This document shows, piece by piece, positions 1-8,890 of a DNA stretch of 64,000 bases (position 1 is the stretch's first letter; the number at the start of each line of letters is the position of its first letter). The notes beneath the pieces are model-generated. The model searched no databases and was not told the DNA's origin. It saw only the letters and a list, made by a program, of their open reading frames with translations. The stretch covers positions 3,165 to 67,164 of the forward strand of contig JAZRZJ010000038.1 of NCBI GenBank assembly GCA_045601285.1, in the 5' to 3' direction. This DNA is from Oscillospiraceae bacterium. GTDB taxonomy: Bacteria; Bacillota; Clostridia; Oscillospirales; Oscillospiraceae. Position numbers and translations under genes: made by a program.

Positions 1-155
1 TAAGAAGCTGTAACCGCTGGCCTCCAGATATCATGTTTTGCGGTTGCCGCGACAGCGGCGAGCAAAACGATTTGAAATTTAAATCAAAAACGCCGAAGGC
101 GTCTGTGCGGCGAAGCAAGCACAGGCCAGGGGTTCGACCCCCCTATGCTCCACCA
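1..155 (+). ncRNA. ssrA: 3' portion of tmRNA (ssrA), truncated by the window edge
   Basis: Ends in a tRNA-like T-arm (AGGGG-TTCGACC-CCCCT), then acceptor strand ATGCTCC, discriminator A and an encoded CCA (153-155). The ...GCTCCACCA end implies the G3:U70 alanine identity pair typical of tmRNA. Positions 40-125 form a chain of short GC hairpins that look pseudoknot-like. An intrinsic terminator follows. Confidence 0.55.
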
Positions 156-161
156 AAACGG

Positions 162-193
162 AAACACCTACTACGGCAGGTGTTTTTCGTTTT
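162..193 (+). terminator. Intrinsic terminator after ssrA
   Basis: Stem AAACACCT / AGGTGTTT followed by a T-rich run. Confidence 0.7.
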
Positions 194-202
194 GGTGGAA
201 AA

Positions 203-241
203 TAAGAAGCTGTAACCCCTGGCCTCCGGATATCATGTTTT
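203..241 (+). repeat. 39-nt direct repeat of positions 1-39 (internal ssrA segment)
   Basis: TAAGAAGCTGTAACC(G/C)CTGGCCTCC(A/G)GATATCATGTTTT occurs at 1-39 and 203-241 with two mismatches. Confidence 0.9.
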
Positions 242-380
242 ACAACGGAAGCAGCGTAATTATAAATGCAGATTAACATTTGAAACGAAAATAAATATAG
301 TGTACAATAACATGAAATTTTCCTGAACAAACTATGCACCGCCTTCGTCTATATATACAGTAAGCTCCGGGGAGTGCTCT

Positions 381-926
381 ATGGAAGATACAAAGATAAT
401 CGACTTGTTCTGGCGCAGGGACGAGTCAGCCATAAGCGAAACAAAAAATAAATACGGTCTGTTCTGCCTGTCGATATGCAGCAGAATACTCAACGATGCG
501 AGAGATGAGGAGGAGTGCCTTTCTGACGTGCTGCTGCGGCTGTGGAATGTCATTCCTCCCGAAAAACCCTTGAATTTCAAGGCGTTTATCGCAAAAATCA
601 CCCGCAACCTGTCCATTGACCGATTCAGAAAGCTGAAACGCGACAGCGAATACTGCCGCGCCCTTGAAGAGCTTAACGAGGAATTTCCTTCGTGCTTTGA
701 TATGGACGAAAAATTGGCGGAAAGGGAGCTTTCAAGGGCCATAGGGGAGTATCTCAAAGGCTGCGACGGAGTAAAGCGCAGGGTTTTTCTGAAGCGCTAT
801 TTTGAGTTCAAGGCAACAAAAACCATCGCGGAGGAAGAAAAAATAAATGACCAGCGTGTTCGTCATATTCTCTGCGATATGCGTAAAGAACTGAGAGATT
901 ATCTGCGGAAGGAGGGCTTGGTATGA
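381..926 (+). CDS. ECF-type sigma-70 family RNA polymerase sigma factor
   Basis: 181 aa with sigma region-2-like and region-4 HTH-like segments (…KTIAEEEKINDQRVRHILCDMRKELRDYL). GGGGAG RBS 7 nt upstream. The stop overlaps the next start (ATGA). Confidence 0.8.
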   Translation: MEDTKIIDLFWRRDESAISETKNKYGLFCLSICSRILNDARDEEECLSDVLLRLWNVIPPEKPLNFKAFIAKITRNLSIDRFRKLKRDSEYCRALEELNEEFPSCFDMDEKLAERELSRAIGEYLKGCDGVKRRVFLKRYFEFKATKTIAEEEKINDQRVRHILCDMRKELRDYLRKEGLV

Positions 927-1759
927 ATATTTCCGATGCAATAATCGACGCCGTGGGCGGGCTTGAGGATGAAATCATAGCCGAGGTATATGAGCCGAAA
1001 AACAAAAAACGCGGCGCGATTATCGGCGCTCTTGCCCTTGCCGCCTGCACCGCAATAATAATCATCGGCAGCGGGCTTCTCAAAGACCCGCAGCTCATTC
1101 CAGATATTGTCGAGCCGCCCGTGATTACGCAACGTATCGAGGAAACGCAGAGCCCCGAAATCACGCAAACACCCACACCGCAGCAAACACCTGCGCCGAA
1201 GCCGACGCAGACACCCGCATCGCAGCCCGAGGGGATAAGGCTTGTAATAAATCAATGCGAGCCCGTAAAATACTACACCGCAAGTGCGATTTACTATGTT
1301 GACCCTGAAAGGTGGGAAGGTGATGCGGATGCAGATGCCGACGACGATGCGGATGCCGACGCTGATGCTGATTCCGATTCCGATTCTGACACCCCTGAAG
1401 ATACGAAGCGCTATATGAGATATGATGAGATAATGGAACTCTACGGCATAAGCCTTGACATGCCGGGTTACAGAATGTATAACAATTTCTATTATTATCC
1501 CGAGGATGCCCACAACAACGTTTTTGAGTATTACAACGGCCGCGGCAACCTTATCATATCTATATGCCATGACGGAAGTATAAGCTATATTAACTCCGAG
1601 GGCATGATACCTACAGATATACACGGAACAAGGGTCATTGCGGCAGAAAACGGCGGAGTATACGTTGCAAGCTTTTCAAAGGACGGACTTGATTACTTCG
1701 TGCGGGCAGACAGACTCACGGAAGATGAATTTACAAAGCTATTGGAGGTGCTGATATGA
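923..1759 (+). CDS. Single-pass membrane protein, putative anti-sigma factor
   Basis: 278 aa. About 27-aa cytoplasmic N-terminus, TM helix AIIGALALAACTAIIIIGSG, a P/T/Q-rich linker, and a (DA)n(DS)n acidic run. Translationally coupled to the sigma gene. No zinc anti-sigma motif seen. Confidence 0.6.
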   Translation: MNISDAIIDAVGGLEDEIIAEVYEPKNKKRGAIIGALALAACTAIIIIGSGLLKDPQLIPDIVEPPVITQRIEETQSPEITQTPTPQQTPAPKPTQTPASQPEGIRLVINQCEPVKYYTASAIYYVDPERWEGDADADADDDADADADADSDSDSDTPEDTKRYMRYDEIMELYGISLDMPGYRMYNNFYYYPEDAHNNVFEYYNGRGNLIISICHDGSISYINSEGMIPTDIHGTRVIAAENGGVYVASFSKDGLDYFVRADRLTEDEFTKLLEVLI

Positions 1760-2712
1760 AAAGAATAATATCACTCATATTGACGGTCGTGCTGATGCTG
1801 GCGCTTATGCCTGCGGCACTGGCGTATTCCGATGTACCGAAGGGAGCGTGGTACGAATACAGCGCGAACTACTGTGAGACTTGCGGCATAATGAAGGGAA
1901 CATCGGAGGATACATTTTCCCCCGATACATACATGACCCGCGGAATGTTCGTAACCGCTCTGTGCAGAATGAGCCGCGGTATTTGCGGGTACATGGACAA
2001 GAACGCGGAAGCCGTGAATTTCAAGGACGTACCCGATACTATGTGGTGCGCCGAGGGAGTTAAATGGGCATATAGCCGCGGAATTACCCTCGGCGTGACG
2101 GAGGAGCTGTTTAAGCCCGATGATTTCATCACCCGGGAGCAGATCGCCTGCATGGTCGCAAGATACGCGGAGTATATAAAGGCAACGTTCTGGGAGGATC
2201 CCCAGCTTCTGAACGCACATAAGGACGTAAGCTTCCTTGATGAGAATACGGTTTCCGATTTTGCCAAGGACGGAGTGAAGCTTGTGCGGGAAACGGGCAT
2301 CATGCGTGGAGATAAAAACGGCAATTTCCGACCTCACGACTATGTGACAAGGGCGGAGGCGGCGGTGGTGTTCTACCGTTTTGATGAAACCCTTTTTTCC
2401 TTTGACGTGATAAGCTCGGGCAATTATCTTATTGCAAGTGACGAGCAAAGAGCGCAGCTTGTGTCCCTTATGAGCGGTATGAACAGAGGCGAGTATGCAG
2501 AATATCTCTGCGAATACTTGCTTTGGGTTGAAGGTGAAAACTTTATAAACTATAGCTTCAAGATAAACGACCCGACTCATGTGAATGTGATTGAAACCAC
2601 GAGAACAGGAGAAGATATTTACTACGGGCTTGATGACCCCACGGGAGAGATCGCCGTGCAGATATGGGAGATCCTGAATACTCTTGAAACTGAAGATACT
2701 GACCATTGGTAA
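1756..2712 (+). CDS. Secreted SLH-domain protein (three N-terminal SLH repeats)
   Basis: 318 aa with a signal peptide (…MPAALA) and three SLH-like repeats (YSDVPKGAWY…, FKDVPDTMWC…, FLDENTVSDF…). ATGA overlap with the upstream gene. Confidence 0.8.
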   Translation: MKRIISLILTVVLMLALMPAALAYSDVPKGAWYEYSANYCETCGIMKGTSEDTFSPDTYMTRGMFVTALCRMSRGICGYMDKNAEAVNFKDVPDTMWCAEGVKWAYSRGITLGVTEELFKPDDFITREQIACMVARYAEYIKATFWEDPQLLNAHKDVSFLDENTVSDFAKDGVKLVRETGIMRGDKNGNFRPHDYVTRAEAAVVFYRFDETLFSFDVISSGNYLIASDEQRAQLVSLMSGMNRGEYAEYLCEYLLWVEGENFINYSFKINDPTHVNVIETTRTGEDIYYGLDDPTGEIAVQIWEILNTLETEDTDHW

Positions 2713-2717
2713 ACAAC

Positions 2718-2745
2718 AATCCCCGTACCTCACGGTACGGGGATT
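2718..2745. terminator. Bidirectional hairpin between convergent genes
   Basis: AATCCCCGTACC tcac GGTACGGGGATT, a perfect 12-bp stem. Confidence 0.7.
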
Positions 2746-2750
2746 TAGTA

Positions 2751-3092
2751 TTAGTATGCTTCTATTTCCTTAATGGTCAAATCGCGGCCCGAAAGGGGAG
2801 TGATCATATCGCTGCTGCATTCGGGACATCTGAGACAGTTGAGGTCAGCATCAAATTCCTCACCGCATTCAAGGCATTTTGCCCTGCCGATTAGCTCCTC
2901 CGCCACAAGCACGGTGCCTTCAAGCTCCGTGCCGTCAACAACGGCAACCCAGCATTCCTCCATGAAGCGCGGCACAACTCCGCTGAGGTTTCCAACCTCC
3001 ACGGTGATTTTGTTTATTCCCTCAAGCCCCTCGTCCTTCATGACGCCCCGGACCATTTTCAGCATTGCGTCACAAATACCTAACTCGTGCAT
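2751..3092 (-). CDS. hypA: HypA-like nickel metallochaperone (copy 1)
   Basis: 113 aa. Starts MHE (the HypA N-terminal Ni-binding motif) and carries a zinc site CLEC…(x12)…CPEC. Length and layout are typical of HypA/HybF. Confidence 0.8.
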   Translation of the reverse strand: MHELGICDAMLKMVRGVMKDEGLEGINKITVEVGNLSGVVPRFMEECWVAVVDGTELEGTVLVAEELIGRAKCLECGEEFDADLNCLRCPECSSDMITPLSGRDLTIKEIEAY

Positions 3093-3217
3093 GACGTCCT
3101 CGCAAATTCCATATCATTCGCTTCCATGTGAACATGAAAGCTCACTCATTCCATTGCTCGTCCTCTTCGGAGCAAACCCGCTGTGCCGGGTTTTGCTCCG
3201 AGAATTCAGAAGACGGA

Positions 3218-5848
3218 TTACTTGGTAATCTTTTCGACAGCCTTGTTTACGGCAATCTTTGCGGTACGCTTCACCATGCCCTCAACCATCTTGATGGGCA
3301 GAGTTTCAAAGGTGCCTGCGTGCCAGTTGCGAACCTTCTTCAGCTTGATTGCGTCAAACTTGCACTTTGTGGTACAGAGACCGCAGCCGATGCAGAGATA
3401 TTCGTCAACCTTGGTGGCACCGCAGCCCAGGCAGCGTGCGGTTTCCTTGCGAACCTGCTCCTCGGTGAAGGTGACACGGGAATCGGCAAAGCTCTTTGCC
3501 TTTTCTGCGTTGTAGCCGCGTACCTGACGGTGCTCGTGGTCGAAGCCGCCGACACCTACAAGTGCTGCGTCCTTGTCGAGAGCACGGTAGATCCTGCGGT
3601 CACGGCCCATGGTGAGAGTCTGACCGGGATGTACATAGCGGTGCAGGGAAATTGCTGCTTCCTTGCCTGCCGCGATTGCGTCAATTGCAAACTTGGGACC
3701 GGTGTAGCAGTCGCCGCCAACAAAGATGTCGGGCTGTGCGGTCTGATAGGTGAGGGCGTCTGCAATGGCTGCGCCCTTTTCAGTGGTCTTGAGCTCGCCC
3801 ACGTCCAGATTGCCCCAGTCGATGCGCTGACCGATGGCGGCAATGACGGTATCACACTCAACCTCGCCCTTGTCGCACTTGAGAGCGCAGACCTTGCCGC
3901 TCTTGCCTACGATTTCAACGGGCTTGTACTCGAATACGAACTTTACGCCCTCTTCCTTTGCCTCTGCAACTTCCTCGGGATCGGCGGGCATATCGGATTC
4001 CTTGCGGCGATAAACAACGGTTACATCGTCGCACAGGCGTACTGCGGTGCGGGCAACGTCCATGGCAACATTGCCGCCGCCGACGACGACAACCTTCTTG
4101 CCGACCTTTACCTTATTGCCGAGGTTGACTTCGCGCAGGAAGTCGATGCCGCCGAACACACCCTTGAGCTCCTCACCGGGAACACCGAGAGGCGCGGCCT
4201 TCTGTGCGCCGATTGCAAGGTAGAAGCCCTTGTAGCCTTCTTCACGGAGCTGCTGAATGGTGATGTCCTTGCCCACTTCAACGCCGCACTTGAACTCAAC
4301 GCCCATTTCTCTGAGAACGTCGATTTCCGCATTCAGAGCGTCCTTCTCAAGACGGAAGGCAGGAATGCCGAGAGTCAGCATGCCGCCGGGAACGGGGTTG
4401 CGGTCAAATACGGTTACGGGGTAACCCTTGTTTGCAAGGTAGTAGGCACAGCTCATGCCCGCAGGACCTGCACCGATGATTGCGATTTTTTCGGTGTAGG
4501 GACGTCCGATCTGGTTCACCATCTTGGGAACGAAGCGGGTTTCGGCGCTCATGTCATGGTCAGCGATGAAGCGCTTTACCTCGTCGATTGCAACTGCCTC
4601 GTCAACTTTGCCGCGGGTGCATTCAGCCTCACAGCGCTTGTTGCAGATTCTGCCGCAGACTGCGGGGAAGGGGTTCTCCTTCTTGATAAGCTCGAGAGCC
4701 TCGGTGTATCTGCCCTGGGCCGCCAGCTTCAGATAACCCTGAACGGGAACGTGAGCGGGGCAGGCCACCTTACAGGGAGCGGTGCCGCTGGGGAGGGTAT
4801 CCTCGCGGTTCTCGCGGTAGTCGGGATTAAATGCCTTCTTGACGAAGACGGTGTCGGTGATTTTTACATAGTCGGGTGCGGAGGTGTCTGCCGTGGAGCA
4901 GAGCTTCTGACCGAGCTTCAGCGCGTTGCCGGGGCAGACCTCAACACACTGTGCGCAGGCAACACACTTTGCCTCGTCAACCACCGCAACATAGTTGGAG
5001 CGGATCGCATCGCGGGCGCCGAACATCATGCCGGCACGCAGACCGAAGCAGGCGCAGGAGCAGCAGTTGCAGATTGCAGCGCTGTCGCCGGCTTCCTCGA
5101 TGTTGGGGATATCGTGCATGAGGCCGTTTTCCTCGGCGCGCTTGATAACCTCGAGTGCCTCCTCCTTGGTGATCTGCTTTGCACGTCCGGAACGGATGTA
5201 ATGCTCGGCACCCTTGCCCATCTGGATGCACATATCCTCGTCCAGATGTCCGCAGCCGTCACCGATGCTGGTGCGGGAGGCACGGCAGGAGCAGGGGGAC
5301 AGAGAGAAGGTGTCGTACTTGTTCAGGTAATAGCTGAGCTTTTCAAACTCGTCCGCATCGGGATTGTCCTTGATGGCGCTCTCAACGGGAATAACACGCA
5401 TGAGTCCGTAGCCGTCGGGGAGCATGGGTCCGAGGGACTGCATACGCAGACGGGTGTATTCCTCAAATGCGCGGCCGACTTCGGGGTGAGTCTTCAGCAG
5501 CTCCTGATTGTTTACCATCATTTCCAGAATGCCGGGAGCGAAGATCTGCAGGAAGTAAACGTCCTGACCTGCTTCAGCACTGTAGGTGCGGCGGAAAACG
5601 CCGTAGTAAACAAGGTTGTCCAATGCGGGCATGATCTCCTCAACGGTCTTGCCCACTTTCTTTGCCAGCCAGGGTGCCGTGCGCTCCTTACGCAGACCTG
5701 CGGCAATGGCGATGTCAGCTTCAAAATCGCTGACGATATCGGCCATGCAGTAGTACTCGGGAGTATTCTCGTCAATCTTCACCAGAAGACCGGAGGGTCC
5801 GCCGATGACCTTGGCGAGCTTGACTATCTTGGGTCTTAACTGTGCCAT
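3218..5848 (-). CDS. Multi-domain Fe-S flavoprotein: N-terminal Cys-cluster domain, ferredoxin motif, GltD/NfnB-like NAD(P)H:FAD module, C-terminal ferredoxin (paralog A)
   Basis: 876 aa with an AAGGAGA RBS. Motifs: SPCSCR…ICNCCSCAC, KCVACAQCVEVCP, GTAPCKVACPAH…AVCGRICNKRCEAECTRG (GltD-type Fe-S), IIGAGPAG (FAD), VVGGGNVAMDVARTA (NAD(P)H), CLGCGAT…CIGCGLCTTKC. Confidence 0.8.
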   Translation of the reverse strand: MAQLRPKIVKLAKVIGGPSGLLVKIDENTPEYYCMADIVSDFEADIAIAAGLRKERTAPWLAKKVGKTVEEIMPALDNLVYYGVFRRTYSAEAGQDVYFLQIFAPGILEMMVNNQELLKTHPEVGRAFEEYTRLRMQSLGPMLPDGYGLMRVIPVESAIKDNPDADEFEKLSYYLNKYDTFSLSPCSCRASRTSIGDGCGHLDEDMCIQMGKGAEHYIRSGRAKQITKEEALEVIKRAEENGLMHDIPNIEEAGDSAAICNCCSCACFGLRAGMMFGARDAIRSNYVAVVDEAKCVACAQCVEVCPGNALKLGQKLCSTADTSAPDYVKITDTVFVKKAFNPDYRENREDTLPSGTAPCKVACPAHVPVQGYLKLAAQGRYTEALELIKKENPFPAVCGRICNKRCEAECTRGKVDEAVAIDEVKRFIADHDMSAETRFVPKMVNQIGRPYTEKIAIIGAGPAGMSCAYYLANKGYPVTVFDRNPVPGGMLTLGIPAFRLEKDALNAEIDVLREMGVEFKCGVEVGKDITIQQLREEGYKGFYLAIGAQKAAPLGVPGEELKGVFGGIDFLREVNLGNKVKVGKKVVVVGGGNVAMDVARTAVRLCDDVTVVYRRKESDMPADPEEVAEAKEEGVKFVFEYKPVEIVGKSGKVCALKCDKGEVECDTVIAAIGQRIDWGNLDVGELKTTEKGAAIADALTYQTAQPDIFVGGDCYTGPKFAIDAIAAGKEAAISLHRYVHPGQTLTMGRDRRIYRALDKDAALVGVGGFDHEHRQVRGYNAEKAKSFADSRVTFTEEQVRKETARCLGCGATKVDEYLCIGCGLCTTKCKFDAIKLKKVRNWHAGTFETLPIKMVEGMVKRTAKIAVNKAVEKITK

Positions 5849-6070
5849 ATGTAATTCTCCTTTTTGGGTTATTTTTTTGACTTACTATTATAATTATATC
5901 ATCGCTCATCATAAAATCAATCGGAAGATATGATAAAAAAACCGTTTTGTCATTTATGGCAAAAGCTTATACATGATAATAGACATATTGCACAGTATGT
6001 TATGACAACCTGAGCGGCAAATAATTGTCGAAATCAAGTTAAAAACCTCACAATGTGTATTTTTTGTATA

Positions 6071-6098
6071 TTGAAATTTTATTTAAATGTGTTATACT
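6071..6098 (+). promoter_or_regulatory. Sigma-A-type promoter for paralog B
   Basis: TTGAAA, 16 nt, then TGtTATACT (extended -10), about 55 nt upstream of the start codon. Confidence 0.5.
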
Positions 6099-6154
6099 TA
6101 TCGTTGGTGTAAAATAAAAAATGTAATTTTATATACATTTGAAAGGAGTACATA

Positions 6155-8827
6155 ATGGTAACCAACAAAGAGAAACTATTTAAACTCGGCAAAAAGATGA
6201 CTGACCGTGCCATGCAGATGCTTGGCATCGAGAAGATCACCGAAGCAGATCCCGAATACTGGGGTCTGTGCAACATCCTTGATGACGACATGGTCGACAT
6301 CGCACTCAAGATGCCCAAGAACCGCGTTCCCGTGACCCTCGATGAGATGGTCAAGAAGACCGGTTGGGAAAAGAGCAAGCTCGATGCAAAGATGCAGGAA
6401 ATGAGCGAGATCGGCATCATCGAGTACAACTGGGAGAATGATACTCACACCAAGCAGTACATTCTGCCCCGTTTCGTTCCCGGTGCAGCAGAGTTCCTGA
6501 ACATGAAGCAGAAACAGATCGAGAAGTACCCCGAAGTTACCGAATTCTTCAACAATATGGCTCGTCTTCCCCTGGAAGGCATCACCCAGCTCGTTCCTCC
6601 CGGCGGCTCCGGCGTAGGTATGCACGTTATCCCCGTGGAGAAGGCAATTGCCCACGAAAGCAAGTCTGTTTCCGTTGAGCATCTGTCCCACTGGCTGAAG
6701 AAGTATGACTACTACGCAATCGGCCGCTGCTCCTGCCGTACTGTTGAATCCTTCAACGGCCGCGGCTCCGGCGATATGCCCGAGTACTGGTGCATCGCTG
6801 TGGGCGACTGCGCACGATACTGCGACGAAACCGGCAAGGACGGCATCTCCAACGCCTCCTACGAGCAGGTTATGGAAGTTCTGCAGCGCGCAGAGGAAGA
6901 GGGCTACGTACATCAGATCACCAACATCGACGGCGAGGAAAAGATTTTCGCAATCTGCAACTGCGCTCTCGGTGTCTGCTACGCTCTCCGTACCAGCCAG
7001 CTCTTCAATACCCCCAACCTTTCCGCTTCCGCTTACCGCGCACACGTCGAAACCGAGAAGTGCGTAGCCTGCGGCAAGTGCGTCGAGGTCTGCCCCGCAG
7101 GTGCTGCAAAGCTCGGTCAGAAGCTCTGCACCAAGTCCGGCCCCATCGAATATCCCAAGTTCCCCAACCCCGCAGACACCAAGTGGGGCAAGCACATGTG
7201 GGAAGAGGATTACAAGAACAAGAATCAGATCAACTGCTACGATACCGGTACAGCTCCCTGTAAGACCGCATGTCCCGCACATATCGCAGTTCAGGGCTAC
7301 ATCAAGATGGCAGCAGAAGGCCGCTACCGCGACGCTCTTGCTCTCATCAAGCAGGATAACCCCTTCCCCGCAATCTGCGGCAGCATCTGCAACCGCCGCT
7401 GCGAAGACGCCTGCACCCGCGGCACCGTTGACCAGCCCGTTGCTATCGACGAAATCAAGAAGTTCATTGCTGCTCAGGAACTGAACGAAAAGGATCGCTA
7501 CATTCCCGACCGCCGCACCAGAAGACTCTCCAAGGAAGACTACGAGGAGAAGATCGCAGTTATCGGTGCAGGTCCCTCCGGTCTGAGCTGTGCATTCTAT
7601 CTGGCAAAGATGGGCTACCCCGTGGTAGTTTATGATAAGAACAAGGTTCCCGGCGGCATGATGACTCTGGGTATCCCCAGCTTCCGTCTGGAGAAGAACG
7701 TTGTCAAGGCTGAAATCGACGTGCTCAAGAAGATGGGCGTAAAGTTCAAGATGGGCGTTGAGGTCGGCAAGGACATCACCATTCAGCAGCTGCGTGAGCA
7801 GGGCTACAAGGGCTTCTACGTTGCAATCGGCGCACAGAAGAGCGCAAAGCTCGGCGTTGAGGGCGAAGACCTTGCAGGCGTTCTCGGCGGTATCGACTTC
7901 CTGAAGGAAGTCAACCTCGGCAACGAAGTCAAGCTCGGCAAGAAGGTCGCAGTTATCGGCGGCGGCAATGTTGCAATGGACGTTGCACGTACCGCAATCC
8001 GCCTCGGCGCAGACGTAACCGTCGTTTACCGCCGCAAGGAATCCGATATGCCCGCTGACCCCGCTGAAGTTGCAGAAGCCAAGGAAGAGGGCGTCAAGTT
8101 CGTATTCGAGAACAAGCCCGTTGAAATTCTCGGCAAGGACGGCAAGGTTGTCGGCCTGAAGACCGACAAGGGCGAATACAAGTTCAACAATGTTATCGCT
8201 GCAATCGGCCAGAAGATCGAATGGGGCGAGCTGGATACCGGCGCTATGGAAAAGGGCGAAAAGGGCAATGCTGTTGCAGACGGCTTCACCCTCCAGACCG
8301 CACAGCCCGACATCTTCGTCGGCGGTGACTGCCTCACCGGTCCCAAGTTCGCAATTGATGCTATCGCAGCAGGTAAGGAAGCAGCTGAGTCCCTGCACCG
8401 CTACGTACATCCCGGCCAGAGCCTCACTCTTGCACGTAACCGCCGCGACTTCATCGAGCTCAACAAGCAGGACATCGTTCTGGGCGTTGAGAGCTTCGAC
8501 AAGCCCGGCCGTCAGGTTCCCGGCAAGGATCTCAAGAAGGCAAAGACCATGAAGGACGACCGTCTGACCTTCACCGAAGATCAGGTCAAGAAGGAAGCTT
8601 CCCGCTGCCTCGGCTGCGGTGCCACCATCGTTGACACCAACCGCTGCATCGGCTGCGGCCTCTGCACCACCCGCTGCGAATTTGACGCGGTCCACCTGTC
8701 CCGCGATGTTAAGGACGGTGCCGTCATGCGCACCTCCGAAGGCAAGTTCGGCGGCATCGTACCTTACATGGTAAAGCGTGCCGGCAAGATCGCCATCAAG
8801 GACATCAAGGCAAAGCTCGGTAAGTAA
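6155..8827 (+). CDS. Multi-domain Fe-S flavoprotein, paralog B of 3218-5848
   Basis: 890 aa with a GAAAGGAG RBS and the same domain order as paralog A. Long identical peptide runs include GVEVGKDITIQQLRE, DVTVVYRRKESDMPADP, EVAEAKEEGVKFVFE, QTAQPDIFVGGDC and TGPKFAIDAIAAGKEAA. Confidence 0.85.
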   Translation: MVTNKEKLFKLGKKMTDRAMQMLGIEKITEADPEYWGLCNILDDDMVDIALKMPKNRVPVTLDEMVKKTGWEKSKLDAKMQEMSEIGIIEYNWENDTHTKQYILPRFVPGAAEFLNMKQKQIEKYPEVTEFFNNMARLPLEGITQLVPPGGSGVGMHVIPVEKAIAHESKSVSVEHLSHWLKKYDYYAIGRCSCRTVESFNGRGSGDMPEYWCIAVGDCARYCDETGKDGISNASYEQVMEVLQRAEEEGYVHQITNIDGEEKIFAICNCALGVCYALRTSQLFNTPNLSASAYRAHVETEKCVACGKCVEVCPAGAAKLGQKLCTKSGPIEYPKFPNPADTKWGKHMWEEDYKNKNQINCYDTGTAPCKTACPAHIAVQGYIKMAAEGRYRDALALIKQDNPFPAICGSICNRRCEDACTRGTVDQPVAIDEIKKFIAAQELNEKDRYIPDRRTRRLSKEDYEEKIAVIGAGPSGLSCAFYLAKMGYPVVVYDKNKVPGGMMTLGIPSFRLEKNVVKAEIDVLKKMGVKFKMGVEVGKDITIQQLREQGYKGFYVAIGAQKSAKLGVEGEDLAGVLGGIDFLKEVNLGNEVKLGKKVAVIGGGNVAMDVARTAIRLGADVTVVYRRKESDMPADPAEVAEAKEEGVKFVFENKPVEILGKDGKVVGLKTDKGEYKFNNVIAAIGQKIEWGELDTGAMEKGEKGNAVADGFTLQTAQPDIFVGGDCLTGPKFAIDAIAAGKEAAESLHRYVHPGQSLTLARNRRDFIELNKQDIVLGVESFDKPGRQVPGKDLKKAKTMKDDRLTFTEDQVKKEASRCLGCGATIVDTNRCIGCGLCTTRCEFDAVHLSRDVKDGAVMRTSEGKFGGIVPYMVKRAGKIAIKDIKAKLGK

Positions 8828-8890
8828 TTTCAATTAAATAAGCGCTGACTGATTTTTCAGTCAGCGCTTATATCCCCGGAGGAAAAATCC

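Noticed and set aside
3128-8833. Very long ORFs antisense to the two large flavoprotein genes (3128..5839 +, 903 aa; 6176..8833 -, 885 aa).
   Set aside because: Their translations are low-complexity and A/G/V/L/C-rich, with no motifs and no RBS. The opposite strand carries clear Fe-S/FAD/NAD(P)H motifs and good RBSs. They are shadow ORFs produced by the strong G/C bias at codon position 3.
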